A stretch of DNA of 39,385 bases from an uncultured Candidatus Saccharibacteria bacterium. Lineage in GTDB: Bacteria > Patescibacteriota > Minisyncoccia > Spechtbacterales > HO2-43-30. The DNA lies in contig CAYJWU010000002.1 of assembly GCA_964374025.1 (NCBI GenBank), forward strand, positions 25,495-64,879. Direction: 5' to 3'. Below the pieces are notes generated by a model. The model saw only the letters and a list, made by a program, of their open reading frames with translations, ran no database searches and was not told where the DNA came from. The position numbers and the translations under genes are program-made. Shown piece by piece: positions 24,671 through 35,248 of this stretch; position 1 is the stretch's first letter; every line of letters starts with the position of its first letter.

Positions 24671-27199
24671 TTACTCCGCCTCGAGGGCGCCTGCCTCCTC
24701 TCCACCCGTAACTTCTAGCGGAGGCGTTATTCTCCCTTCTGGCGGAGCTGCCGGAGGCACAATATTCGAAAGCGCATTATTACCCGATTTCAGGTTAATT
24801 AGTATTCTCTTCACTTCGGCGTTGTCGGGATTTAACTCCGCGATTTTAGTAAATTGATCAATCGCGCCCTGCGTATTGCCAAGCCGATCATAGCTTAGCC
24901 CTAAGAAATATCGCGCGTTAGAAAAGTTCTCATTCAAGCTTACCACCCGCACAAACTCATCTCTTGCCTCTTGGAGCTGGTTATTCAGATAATAAAGAAG
25001 CCCGAGCTGATACCCCACCCCCGTATCAAGCGGGTTGAAATTTCGTGTTTCTAAAGTTTTTTCGATCGCAAGCGCGCGATTTCCCTGACGTTCATAGACC
25101 TGTGAAATTAAGAAGTGAGCGGGAGCATAATCGCTCTTTAGAGCAATTGCTTTTTGAAGATTGACAAGCGCGTTACTAAGACGTTCTGCGTGCTCGGTTT
25201 CTAATTTGAGAACCTCTTCTTTATTCTTCTTTGCCTCGGCACCCTGGGAGAGACGAGAAATATTTATCTTTAACGCATCCGCCGAAATAACATACGCGCG
25301 ACCCACATTCAAATATTCCGCGGGGTTATTGGGATTTATCTCCGCGGCTTTTGTGTAATTGCTAACTGCGAACTGATCAGCGCCGCCAACTATTCTTATA
25401 TTATCTTCATATATAGCGCCCAGTTGCCTCCAATTTATTGGGTCTTCTGGATTTGCTTTTGTGGCTTCTTGCCCTGCCCGTATCCAGTTTTGCAGTATAA
25501 TCTGGTATCTCCGCTGAAGCTCGCCGGGGTCAAGATCTTTGTTATTTAGAACTTCTTGCGCGCGGAGGCCGAGAAGCTGCGCGAATGTTCTCCAATATAC
25601 GTCGCGTGAACCATCCAGGTTTTTTGCAAGGTCCACCTTTTTTATCGCGCGATTTAAGTCACGATCTTTATTATATGCCTGTACCCCAAATATATGAGCT
25701 ACAGAAGCGATATATTTCTGCCCCTGCAAATACAGTCCGACTATCGAGCCCACGATTAGCACAATAATAATAAGGGAGGCGGCGAATGTTCGCTGGGGCG
25801 TTTTAAGTAATGAAATTTCCCATGTCTCAATTGCGCCTCCGGCCCGCAAGCTAGCGAGGACTAAACCTGCGAAAAGAAACGTGAAAAGCAAAATAGGAAA
25901 ATTCACGGGATAAAAGAACCACGAGAAGATAAGGAAGAGAAAACTAACAAAAGAAATCAGAGAGATGCGCTCCAAAGATCCGCCCGCGGGAACGGCAGGC
26001 CCGCCCGCCGATGAGGCAGGTTTTTTTCGGGAAAGCGCGGCTACCCCCTTGAATCCAACCCACGTGAAGAATCCGAACGTAAAAAACAATGTGACAATAC
26101 CCAAAACCCCGATTGTTGCAATAAGCGTCGGCACAAGAGCGAATCCCTGCGTGAAGCGCGCGCCCCAGAACGCGGTCGCGTTGAGATCCCGCGATCGATA
26201 GAGAAGATATTCATTGAGAAACGTCGCGGGCCCCGAACCAAAAATCGCTTTGCCGACTCCGGAACTTAGCGTTCCTTGCGCTATGTCAAGAGTTCCCGAG
26301 AGACTCGGCCGCACCTCCACTGGGAAACGCACAATTGAGGAAACTGGCGGCTTTGTAAAAAAGAGAATAGCCACAACGACCATGAGAACAAGTGTCACGC
26401 TAAATTTCGATCCAAGCATTACGCCTCCGGCGCGTGGCGTTTCGCCAGGCGCAATCTGCGGCATTCCCGCCCTTCGTGAATGCATTATTTGCCAACTTGC
26501 CACAAGCGCGGAAGCAAGGAGTATGCCGAGCCATACATAACTAAAGTTCACTAAAATAAGAATAAGCGCAAGCCCCGCTCCGCCAAAAGAAAAAGCCGCC
26601 TTTATGCCGCCCGAAAGCTTAAAACTCGTAAGAAGCGCCATTATCATTACGAGCCCTGAACCCAAAAATATGGCGAGCGCCTGGACAGTGCCTATTGGAT
26701 TGAAGGAAATTTGCCTTGTAAAATCAAACGGCATAATAAATATGCCGAAAAACTGCAGAAGTGAATATAATGAAATTACAAAAAGGGATACGCTGAAAAA
26801 CATAAGCGCGCGAATGAGATGTTGGGTTTCACGAAGAAAAAGGGGGACTAAAAATAGAGCCAAACCATATATCAGGAAACTAAAGAAGCTATCCGGAGAT
26901 GTTCCATCCCCCCAAAAACTTGTTTGGGGCGATGCCGATAGAAATGTTGAAACGCCCGCTATAACAAAAAACGCGGCAAGGGCAAACCAAAATCTAGTTT
27001 TAGGCAATGCGAATTTGCCCTCATTTAGGGTTTTCGCAAGAAAAGCAGAGAGGGCGACGAACACGAGCACGCCCGCAAGAATTGTCTTATTTTCCGCAAC
27101 GGGAAACGCGGTTAATGGCAAAAAGAACGCGGGCACAAGCCCAAAGAGGAGATACATGCAAATTCTCCCTACCAGATCCCAATTGAGTTGTTTCGTCAT
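24671..27199 (-). CDS. Polytopic membrane protein (O-antigen ligase/Wzy-like) fused to C-terminal TPR repeats
   Basis: The N-terminal ~480 aa carry 10 or more hydrophobic helices. The C-terminus has TPR-like repeats (AIALKSDYAPAHFLISQVYERQGN; ARYFLGLSYDRLGNTQGAIDQFTKIAELNPDNAEV). The Wzy assignment is from architecture only. Confidence 0.6.
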   Translation of the reverse strand: MTKQLNWDLVGRICMYLLFGLVPAFFLPLTAFPVAENKTILAGVLVFVALSAFLAKTLNEGKFALPKTRFWFALAAFFVIAGVSTFLSASPQTSFWGDGTSPDSFFSFLIYGLALFLVPLFLRETQHLIRALMFFSVSLFVISLYSLLQFFGIFIMPFDFTRQISFNPIGTVQALAIFLGSGLVMIMALLTSFKLSGGIKAAFSFGGAGLALILILVNFSYVWLGILLASALVASWQIMHSRRAGMPQIAPGETPRAGGVMLGSKFSVTLVLMVVVAILFFTKPPVSSIVRFPVEVRPSLSGTLDIAQGTLSSGVGKAIFGSGPATFLNEYLLYRSRDLNATAFWGARFTQGFALVPTLIATIGVLGIVTLFFTFGFFTWVGFKGVAALSRKKPASSAGGPAVPAGGSLERISLISFVSFLFLIFSWFFYPVNFPILLFTFLFAGLVLASLRAGGAIETWEISLLKTPQRTFAASLIIIVLIVGSIVGLYLQGQKYIASVAHIFGVQAYNKDRDLNRAIKKVDLAKNLDGSRDVYWRTFAQLLGLRAQEVLNNKDLDPGELQRRYQIILQNWIRAGQEATKANPEDPINWRQLGAIYEDNIRIVGGADQFAVSNYTKAAEINPNNPAEYLNVGRAYVISADALKINISRLSQGAEAKKNKEEVLKLETEHAERLSNALVNLQKAIALKSDYAPAHFLISQVYERQGNRALAIEKTLETRNFNPLDTGVGYQLGLLYYLNNQLQEARDEFVRVVSLNENFSNARYFLGLSYDRLGNTQGAIDQFTKIAELNPDNAEVKRILINLKSGNNALSNIVPPAAPPEGRITPPLEVTGGEEAGALEAE

Positions 27200-27232
27200 A
27201 TTCGTAATTTAATCTTAATTTTACATGCAGAT

Positions 27233-27241
27233 ATTATATCA
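27233..27241 (-). promoter_or_regulatory. Extended -10 promoter (TGATATAAT) for the Wzy/TPR gene
   Basis: The minus strand reads TGA-TATAAT. The -10 hexamer starts about 40 nt upstream of the ATG at 27199. Confidence 0.4.
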
Positions 27242-27276
27242 TGGTGAATTTATTTCCGTACATGTGGAAAACTTTA

Positions 27277-28371
27277 TTAGCCGGTCGCCGCGGTCTTGTT
27301 AACCACAATGCTTTGCAAAATCCCCATCATTACAAATAAAGAAATGAGGCTGCTGCCTCCGTAACTTACAAATGGAAGAGGCAGACCCGTAATCGGCAGG
27401 AGCCCCATCGTCATGCCAATATTTACAAACATCTGCGAAATAATCATTACGGAGAAACCCGCGGATACAAGACGGGCAAAATTATTCGCAGAGTGTCTTG
27501 AAATTTTCATTATTCTCCTTATAAAAAACGCGAAACACGCGAGCAGCATAACGGCGCCGGCCAACCCCGTCTCCTCAACAATTGCCGCGTAAATAAAATC
27601 TGTGTGGGATTCTGGCAAAAAACCAAGTTGGGTCTGGCTGCCCCCGCCTATCCCCTTACCCCATACCCCGCCCGAACCTACAGCGATAACTGACTGCAAT
27701 ACATTATACCCGCTTCCCCTTGGATCTGACTCGGGATTGATAAAAGAAAGGAACCTATCTTTCTGGTAATCTTGAAAAACAAAGGACCACGCGAAGGATA
27801 CTAAAATAATTCCGGAAAGCGCCAAGGCGATAATATGCCTTATTTTTATACCCGCTATAACCATTATGCCAAACCATATGCTCAAAAGTATGATAACCGA
27901 ACCAGTGTCTGGCTGAATAAAAACAAGCGATGCTGGTAAAAATACGTACAGCCCGCTTACTACAATGTGGCGCGCGCGATAAATTTCTATGTGGCGCATG
28001 GAAAAGTATTTCGCAAGCAGCAGTATGAGAACAATTTTTGCGAACTCTACGGGCTCGAAGGTTACGGGGCCTATGCGATACCAACTCTCCGCCCCCCTTA
28101 CGGATACCCCGAACATCAAAACTCCGAGCAGCAACAAAAGCGAGAATCCATAAATAATGATTACCGGCGCCCTATAATTTCTAAGAACTCGATAGTCAAA
28201 AAAACTTATCAAAACCATTAAAAAAAACCCTATGGCTAGCCACAGGATCTGCCTCTTAAAATTTACTATTTCCTCTCCCCCGCTCGCATATATCGAAATC
28301 AATCCAAACGCGACAAGAAGCAAGGATAGGGAGATAAGCAGCCAATCTAATTCCCTAAGGTGCTGACGCAT
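27277..28371 (-). CDS. SEDS-family peptidoglycan polymerase (FtsW/RodA)
   Basis: The 364-aa polytopic protein contains QPDTGS-like (IQPDTGSVI), ESHTDFIYA and GLLPITGLPLPFVSYGGSS. Confidence 0.85.
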   Translation of the reverse strand: MRQHLRELDWLLISLSLLLVAFGLISIYASGGEEIVNFKRQILWLAIGFFLMVLISFFDYRVLRNYRAPVIIIYGFSLLLLLGVLMFGVSVRGAESWYRIGPVTFEPVEFAKIVLILLLAKYFSMRHIEIYRARHIVVSGLYVFLPASLVFIQPDTGSVIILLSIWFGIMVIAGIKIRHIIALALSGIILVSFAWSFVFQDYQKDRFLSFINPESDPRGSGYNVLQSVIAVGSGGVWGKGIGGGSQTQLGFLPESHTDFIYAAIVEETGLAGAVMLLACFAFFIRRIMKISRHSANNFARLVSAGFSVMIISQMFVNIGMTMGLLPITGLPLPFVSYGGSSLISLFVMMGILQSIVVNKTAATG

Positions 28372-28375
28372 AAAA

Positions 28376-29125
28376 TTATCGAAAATAATCTTTTATAAAA
28401 TTAGAATTCTCAAAAAAATTGCTTTCCACTCTCGCGTCAATACTCACATCATCCGCTAATATATATGGCCACATAATCTGAAAAGATCTCGCCGTTCCCC
28501 GAAGAAGATCCTGCATATCCGTTCTGCCTGCCGCAACGGGCTTACCGCCCGCGTAAAGCACAACGTGCGCCTCCACATTTTTTAAATTGTATGGGGATCT
28601 ATTGTTTACTACCCCGGAAAAACGAGAAGCGCTGATGCTTGCGTCTCTTACAAGGCTTGTTTCGACTAGTACTAATCCAGCGGAAGAAAACGGGGCAAGC
28701 CGCTGCCAGGTTATGTTGATTATGCGAAAAGTTATTTTTACGGGATTTGTCATCCTTATAGCCGGCTCTACTATGTATCGGGACTCCTTGGGAAGAATAA
28801 AAGTTTCCCCAAAAATTTTATTTATAGACCCCTCGTTTTGATCCAAAAAATTAAATTCGTAAGAAATTTTTGAGGAACCATATTCTGTATTCGGATTTTT
28901 TACGTATGCTACCGCGTCATAAGTCCCTTCTTTTTTCACTTCAAAAAAATCTGCGAATACAACTTCCAAATCCCTGAAGAGAGGTTTATCTGCCGCGTCC
29001 TGGGACTTTGGCGACGCGGGCAATCGCATGTTTGTAAACAAAAAAACAAGAACAAATACGGACCCAAATAATCCGACAAGAGACATAAGACCGATAATAA
29101 CTTGTTTTTGGCGTCTATAATCCAC
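28376..29125 (-). CDS. Hypothetical membrane-anchored protein
   Basis: It has a GTG start and a single N-terminal TM helix (IIGLMSLVGLFGSVFVLVFLF). It lies 5 nt upstream of the SEDS gene. I recognise no family. Confidence 0.45.
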   Translation of the reverse strand: MDYRRQKQVIIGLMSLVGLFGSVFVLVFLFTNMRLPASPKSQDAADKPLFRDLEVVFADFFEVKKEGTYDAVAYVKNPNTEYGSSKISYEFNFLDQNEGSINKIFGETFILPKESRYIVEPAIRMTNPVKITFRIINITWQRLAPFSSAGLVLVETSLVRDASISASRFSGVVNNRSPYNLKNVEAHVVLYAGGKPVAAGRTDMQDLLRGTARSFQIMWPYILADDVSIDARVESNFFENSNFIKDYFR

Positions 29126-29182
29126 GGAAATATTGTAGCACCGTAAGATAAAAAAACAAAATAATAAAAAAGAGGTTATGAA

Positions 29183-29293
29183 TTCGGCGGCTACCTACTT
29201 TCCCAGAAAAAATCTAGTATCATCGGCCTTGGAGTATTTCACTTCTGAGTTCGGAATGGGATCAGGTGGGGCAACTCCAGTATTACCGCCAAA
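29183..29293 (-). rRNA. rrf: 5S rRNA
   Basis: The minus strand reads TTTGGCGGTAATACTGGAGTTGCCCCACCTGATCCCATTCCGAACTCAGAAGTGAAA...GTAGGTAGCCGCCGAA. Helix I pairs end to end. The flanks AGAGGTTAT / ATAACCTCT form a processing stem, and a T-rich tract follows. Confidence 0.9.
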
Positions 29294-29617
29294 TTTATAA
29301 CCTCTTTTTGGAATCTTATAACTCCGTAGGAAAACTTATTATGAGAAATTAGTACTCATAAGCTTAACGCTTTGCAGCGCTTACACTATGAGCCTATCAA
29401 CCTCGTCATCTTCGAGGTCTCTATGAATCCTAATCTTAGGGTAGGCTTCGTGCTTATATGCTTTCAGCGCTTATCCCTTCCGAACATAGCTACCCAGCAA
29501 TGCCGCGGGCGCGACAACTGGTACACCAGAGGTTCGTTCTCCTAGGTCCTCTCGTACTGTAGGAGACTCCCTTCAAGATTCTACGCCTGTGGCAGATAAA
29601 GACCAACCTGTCTCACG

Positions 29618-29905
29618 CATTTGTGGACTATACCACCTTCCCATTTTAAAAATGGGAAGATCGACGTTTTAGCTTTCTGATCTATACAGAAAACTCTAGC
29701 TCTTTTAGCTAAGTCTCTACGGGGTCAATATACGCCTTTTTCGCTTTTTGATATTTCGTAGGCATATACGACTTCCCTCGGTATTATCCTATCATACGAC
29801 AGGTTAAAAAGTCAAGATAGGACTTCACCGATATGAGTCGATTGTTTCAATCACGATTGCTCGTGAAGGCCGCCGTGTGTTCTCGATTTCTTGGGTTCTT
29901 TGTTG
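29618..29905 (-). mobile_element. ORF-less group I-type intron in 23S at E. coli-equivalent position about 2593
   Basis: The exon sequence GGGTTCAAACCGT | CGTGAGACAGG is split by 288 nt. The 5' exon ends in U and the insert ends in G. The upstream exon segment 29906-29998 is 93 nt, matching the E. coli 2501-2593 spacing. Confidence 0.75.
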
Positions 29906-29998
29906 ACGGTTTGAACCCAGCTCGCGTTCCGCTTTAATGTCCGAACAGGACAACCCTTGGGACCTTGTACAGCCCCAGGATGCGAAGAGCCGACATCG

Positions 29999-30858
29999 CT
30001 TGTCGACATTTTCTCTCTTTACAGAGAGGATCGGACTATGTCTTCACCCCGCAAAATCATCAATGACGATCGCGGGGGCCTGCGTATTAACTCTCCTTAG
30101 AAATTATAAAATCGTCAGGAGAATTCCTCTGGTTAAAACCAGAAAGTCTCTACGGGGTTACAACCCAATTTTGTACTCCATGGAAGGAATAATGTTTGCC
30201 TTTAGAAATCTATTAAGGCAATCTACTGATGACTTGAGAAACCTAATGCGGTAATACGATTTATCCCTATTAAGAGTTGCTTCCAGATTCAACTGTTCCA
30301 ATTTGTTGATTAATTTCATCTGGTCTTTCGTTGAGAACTGTTGAGTATTGAGATAAACGTCGTACTGTCGGCATCTGCTCCCATCATCCATAAACCATAC
30401 AAACAGAATCGTTGGATCTAATTTTAGGTCGTCTGGAATAATTTTCTTGCGCCTACGGTAAAACTTTCTATATAATTCGGTCAATTCGGGATGTTGTCTG
30501 GTCCAAAATCTATAAGCCATTCTATTTCCATTGCCTCTATATCTCTTGGGTTCTGAAGCGCAGAGATTTTTTAGCTTCTTAAACTTCCAATCAACATATT
30601 CTTTTGCGCTGTATCCATGGTTAATCTCCAAAAAAGCATTGCTTCTTCCGGGAACGATTCTTAAATAACCGTCACCTAAAATAGACCCTATAATAATAGA
30701 TCTCTGAAATTGAGTTAAACTTCCCACGGTATTGTCCATAAAGTAATTATACCACGAAAAATTGCTGGGCAATCGTAGTTTTACTTATATGGAGTTCACC
30801 GTTATAAGCAGGATTTTTAAATGGCATTACTGCCATAACACCCCGATGTTTGCACATA
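29999..30858 (-). mobile_element. Group I-type intron in 23S at E. coli-equivalent position about 2500, carrying a LAGLIDADG gene
   Basis: The exon sequence GGTTCGACACCT | CGATGTCGGCTC is split by 860 nt. The 5' exon ends in U and the insert ends in G. Confidence 0.8.
30158..30739 (-). CDS. Double-motif LAGLIDADG homing endonuclease (intron-encoded)
   Basis: The two motifs are [11 protein letters not shown] and [10 protein letters not shown]. The ORF is 30158..30772 (TTG), and I prefer the ATG at 30739 (MDNTVGSL). Confidence 0.85.
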   Translation of the reverse strand: MDNTVGSLTQFQRSIIIGSILGDGYLRIVPGRSNAFLEINHGYSAKEYVDWKFKKLKNLCASEPKRYRGNGNRMAYRFWTRQHPELTELYRKFYRRRKKIIPDDLKLDPTILFVWFMDDGSRCRQYDVYLNTQQFSTKDQMKLINKLEQLNLEATLNRDKSYYRIRFLKSSVDCLNRFLKANIIPSMEYKIGL

Positions 30859-31437
30859 AGGTGTCGAACCGGGCCGTAGATATGAACTCGCGGGCCCGAC
30901 TAACCTGTTATCCCCGGGGTAACTTTTGGCTGATGATCTTCCCCTTTCCTATAACAAAAAGGGTCGGTTCACTAAGTTACACTTTCGTGAGTCCGCGGCC
31001 AACACGCCTTGGACTAAAGCTGGCTTATGCCTTTACACGACCGCTCCGATTTCCATCCGGAGCTAGCCAACCTTTAAACGCCTCCGCTACTTTTTAGGAG
31101 GTCTAGCGCCCCACTAAAACTACCCGCCTTCCACTGTCTCCCCGCAAACGCGGGGGTTAGAATTATCCTCTTTGAAGATGGGTGTTTCATTGATGACTCC
31201 CCCCAATCCGAGAATCGGGGTTCAAAGTCTCCCCACTACGCTACGCATCAAACAAAATAAACCAATGGAAAGGTATAGTAAAGCTCCCGGGGTCTTTTCG
31301 TCTTGCCACAGGAAAACGGCATCTTTACCGATATTGGATGTTCACCGGGCTCCTCGTTGAGACAGTTACCCAGTCGTTACGCCTTTCGTGCGGGACCCAA
31401 TTTACGGGCCAAGGAACTTCGCTACCTTAGGACTCTT

Positions 31438-32189
31438 CATTTATGTTATTACTGCGTTTTGCAGTAACCCTCACAATGAGGCTCTATGTCTCCATAGAGA
31501 TCGGACCATATCATATACGGTGCGTTTCTTTTCGAAATGACCGTACTCTAGCGTATGGCCTCTGAGGATCCTCTTTAAATGAACGTTCCATATCTTTGAT
31601 GCAATACTTTCTCTTTCTACCCGCTCCCCTATTCAGGCGCTCCCGAATTCTAGCAATTTTTATCAGTTCTTCTTGTGTAATCTGCTCTTTCTCCATCCAC
31701 AACTTCACGGCTTTTCTGAATAGAAAAAAATTGCGTTTTTTTGTTGCCGAACGAAGGCAAAATTGCTCAAAGAAAGGAATCACTATCTCTTTTAAGGCAA
31801 GAGGGTTCAGAACCGCGTAGGTATGCAAACCATCTTGCCGCTGGCTTATGGTTCCGCAACCAAGATATCGCTTGAACTGCGAAAGTATATACCGTTCTCT
31901 CTGAGAGACGCTAAACGCAAACGATATCTGCCATCCCAGCGTGTGATCTTGACGCTTCCTGAAACAAATCACGAAGCTTCCCTCTCCATCCGCAAAACCA
32001 GCGAGATAGTGCCCCCACTCCGGGGGTATGCTTTGTTTGTTCATAATTAGAGTTTCCTGCGGATTGTCCTGCGTTCCCGAAAAACTCGGAAACCGACAAC
32101 GAATTTTTACTGGCAACTTCGTGCCGAGTACCGTTATCTTATCCAGGATATTCCCGCATATAGCTAGATTTTATAACTACAAATAATTC
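31438..32189 (-). mobile_element. Group I-type intron in 23S helix 69 at E. coli-equivalent position about 1917, carrying a LAGLIDADG gene
   Basis: The exon sequence GTCGGCTCTAACTAT | AAGAGTCCTAAGGTAGCG is split by 752 nt. The helix 69 stem GGCUC/GAGUC is restored after removal. The 5' exon ends in U and the insert ends in G. Confidence 0.8.
31511..32044 (-). CDS. Single-motif LAGLIDADG homing endonuclease (I-CreI-like architecture, intron-encoded)
   Basis: The motif is YLAGFADGEGSF. The product is about 177 aa from the ATG at 32044 (MNKQSIPPEW). The ORF extends to 32116. Confidence 0.8.
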   Translation of the reverse strand: MNKQSIPPEWGHYLAGFADGEGSFVICFRKRQDHTLGWQISFAFSVSQRERYILSQFKRYLGCGTISQRQDGLHTYAVLNPLALKEIVIPFFEQFCLRSATKKRNFFLFRKAVKLWMEKEQITQEELIKIARIRERLNRGAGRKRKYCIKDMERSFKEDPQRPYARVRSFRKETHRI

Positions 32190-33556
32190 ATAGTTAGAGC
32201 CGACATTCACCGGCGCTTCTACCATGAGCCGTACAGATTGCTCCACACGACAAACGGCAGTTGACGTTCCGGCATTGGTCAGGCGTCAGCCCCTATACTT
32301 CCTCTTTCGAGTTCGCAGGGACCTGTGTTTTTGTTAAACAGTCGCCAGGCAAACTTTAGCTGCGTCCCGACTTTACGTCGGGAAAGGCATATTGCGAACT
32401 TACGCCTAGCTTTTTTGCCGAGTTCCTTAACGAGGAATCACCCGTTCACCTTGGGCTACTCGCCCTGCCTACCTGTGTCGGTTTGCGGTACGGACTGCAT
32501 ACCCTTAACCCTACGGGCTTTTCTAGGGAGATTTATTGATTACTTCGTCCGATTAAAACCGGACTCAAAGCGAATCCAATAACACTCGTAATCTCCAAAT
32601 CTCCGTCACCCTTCAGAAAGATATGCAGGAGCAGGAATATTAACCTGCTGTCCATCCCCCGACCCCATTCGGGTGTCGAGGTTAGGGCCGCCTAACCCTT
32701 GGCTGATATACATTGCCAAGGAAACCTCAGGCTTTCGGTGGTCCGATATCTCATCGGACTTGCGGTTACTTGTGCCAACATTCTCTCTTCTTTATCCTCC
32801 ACCGTCCCTTACGGGACGACTTCACCGGATAAAGAATGCTCCCCTACCCCCCGACTTTACGTCGGAGTTGTATCTTCGGTATTCGATTTAGCCCCGATAC
32901 ATTTTAGGCGCGAGAACTCTTAACTAGTAAGCTGTTACGCACTTTTTAAAGGATGGCTGCCTCTAAGCCAACCTCCTAGCTGTCAGAGAACTCTCACCTC
33001 CTTTGCCACTTAATCGAAATTTTGGGACCTTAGATTACAATCTGGGCTGTTTCCCTTTCGAGCGTGGAGCTTAGCCCCCACGTTCTAACTTCTAAGAAAC
33101 GCATATTTGGAATTCGGAGTTTGATTGGTCCAAGTTGGAGAATCCTTCTTAAACCATCCAGTGCTCTACCTCCAAACTGCTATCTTAGAGCTAGCCCTAA
33201 AGCTATTTCGGGGAGAACCAGCTATTACCAAGCTCGATTAGCTTTTCACTACTCCCCACAGCTCATCCCATAGTGTTGCATCGCTAACGGGTTCGGGCCT
33301 CCTCCCGGTTTTACCCGGAACTCGCCCTGGCCATGGGTAGCTCGCTTGGCTTCGGGTCTTATTTGCACTACAAAATCGCGCTATTAACACTTGGTTTCCC
33401 TATGGCTCTGTCCCTTACGGGACTTAGCCTGCAATGCAAATAAACTCGTTGGCTCATTCTGCAAAAGGCACGCCGTCACCCCTCGATTTCTCTCGGGGCT
33501 CCGGCTCCTTGTAGGCATATGATTTCAGGTACTATTTCACCGCCCTTACCGGGCTA

Positions 33557-33593
<37 letters not shown>

Positions 33594-34351
33594 ATTACCA
33601 AAAGTATTTAGCCTTGGCAGATAGTCCTGCCTGCTTCCCTCGAAGTCATCGTTCCTCGAGGTACTCAAGAACCCACCAAAAGCTTTCGCATTTAGGCGGG
33701 CCCGCCTGATTGTCTCGCAAAGCGAGACTTTCGGCGGGTAGAAACTAGGAGCATGCAATGTCTTTCGCCTACGGGGCTATTACCCTCTTTGGCTGCCCTT
33801 TCCAGGGACATTTGACTAGACAAATCGCATATTTGTGAACTCCTTCTGGGTTGCCCCAGAGCGTTCCCATCTTACAACCCTCCGACTACTTATTAAAATA
33901 AGAGGTCGAAGTTTAGGCTTTTCCCTTTTCGCTCGCCACTACTGGGGGAATTAAAATTTTTCTATTTTCCTCCGCTTACTGAGATGTTTCACTTCAGCGG
34001 GTTAGGCCTCCGACTTACGTCGGAGTGATGCAGGTTCACTGCATCCCGTTTCCGGATTCGGAGATCCCCGGATCAAAGGTTGCTCGTCACCTCCCCGAGG
34101 CTTATCGCAGACACGCCACGTCCTTCGTCCCCTTTTGGTATCAAGGCATCCACCATACGCCCTTGTAAATAATTGTTTTCCTGCGGAGTTATAAAACTCC
34201 GTTATATTCACTTGTCAAGGTTCTCGCCTTGCGGAAATAAAACAACCGCATCTTTCAGCGGCTGTTTGCATAACTCAAAATATGCAAAACTAACCGCTTT
34301 CTTTAATACGCACTATTCTATTGTTCTCGGTAAATTTTAACACCTGTCCGT

Positions 34352-34381
34352 ATGATACCAAAATTTAAATATTGCTGTCAA
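34352..34381 (-). promoter_or_regulatory. Strong sigma70 promoter upstream of 23S (independent of 16S)
   Basis: The minus strand reads TTGACA (34381-34376), an 18-nt spacer containing TGG, then TATCAT (34357-34352). This amounts to -35 plus an extended -10, about 165 nt upstream of the mature 23S 5' end. Confidence 0.6.
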
Positions 34382-34388
34382 TAGCATT

Positions 34389-34429
34389 ACAATAACAAAA
34401 CTTCTCTGGGGGAGAAGTTTTGTTATTGT
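34389..34429 (-). terminator. 18-bp perfect stem hairpin 15 nt downstream of the membrane-protein gene
   Basis: ACAATAACAAAACTTCTC-TGGGG-GAGAAGTTTTGTTATTGT was verified pair by pair. There is no separate U tract, although the 3' arm is U-rich on the minus strand. Confidence 0.5.
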
Positions 34430-34443
34430 CTTATTGATTGCTT

Positions 34444-35127
34444 CTACTTGCTGCCTATTTCTTTGGACAGCTTCTCCAGCCAATCCTTTGCAACGCCTTG
34501 CCCACCGAAACCAAACGCAAGCCCGCCCGCGATCGCGAGGAACGCCACAAACCCCATAAATAAGGTATTTATAAGACCGGTAGCAATGCCCAGCTGGTCG
34601 AACACGGCAAGAAACGCGAATACCCATACAGCCCAGCGGACCATAACGCCAAGCATTTTTGGCGCAGTGAATTCCGCGGCCTTTATACTTGCCCTTATTA
34701 TCTTTTCAGAAAAATCAGCGACTACCGCCGCGATAACTAAAATTAATGCCGCTACAAAAATATTTGGGACATACGCGAGTATAGAAGTAAGGAACTTTGC
34801 TACTTCCTGCAGGCCCAAAATGTCCGCGGCAGCCATGAAGAACGCGATTAGCAAAAACCACTTTACAATCCAGCCGACAAAGCCGCTAAACTCCCAATCA
34901 ATACCGGCTTTGTGCGCCGCTTTCATAACGCCAAGCTGATCAAAAATCTTATCGATCTGCGCGGCCGCTAACACCCTTGCGACAAGCTTGCCCAACGCTA
35001 TTGCGACAAGCCACCCCACCGCGAACACAACTATGGCGCCGAAAAGAGAGGGAACAAATCCCACGAACCATTCCCATAAGTTTTGAAGGGAAGCTACGAT
35101 AACATCTGTCCAAGTTTGAACTATCAT
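34444..35127 (-). CDS. Integral membrane protein with conserved TM-helix repeats (mechanosensitive-channel-related family)
   Basis: The ORF opens at 35175 with a TTG, and I prefer the ATG at 35127 (MIVQTWTDVIV). It has repeated amphipathic and TM segments (FVPSLFGAIVVFAVGWLVAIALGKLVARVL; VPNIFVAALILVIAAVVADF). The family call is from memory. Confidence 0.6.
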   Translation of the reverse strand: MIVQTWTDVIVASLQNLWEWFVGFVPSLFGAIVVFAVGWLVAIALGKLVARVLAAAQIDKIFDQLGVMKAAHKAGIDWEFSGFVGWIVKWFLLIAFFMAAADILGLQEVAKFLTSILAYVPNIFVAALILVIAAVVADFSEKIIRASIKAAEFTAPKMLGVMVRWAVWVFAFLAVFDQLGIATGLINTLFMGFVAFLAIAGGLAFGFGGQGVAKDWLEKLSKEIGSK

Positions 35128-35248
35128 ATCAAAAAAACAATTGACGAATAACAACTGGCAATTGACAACGGCCAAAAAGCCAATGGCTATAAGCCAATCA
35201 AGAAACTTTAATATTAATTATGTTAATTGTTAATGTTAACTCTTAATG

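Noticed and set aside
26604-27212. A 202-aa plus-strand ORF.
   Set aside because: It is antisense to the polytopic Wzy/TPR gene and shows no motifs.
34448-34939. A 163-aa plus-strand ORF.
   Set aside because: It is antisense to the TM-helix-repeat membrane protein, whose hydrophobic periodicity supports the minus frame.
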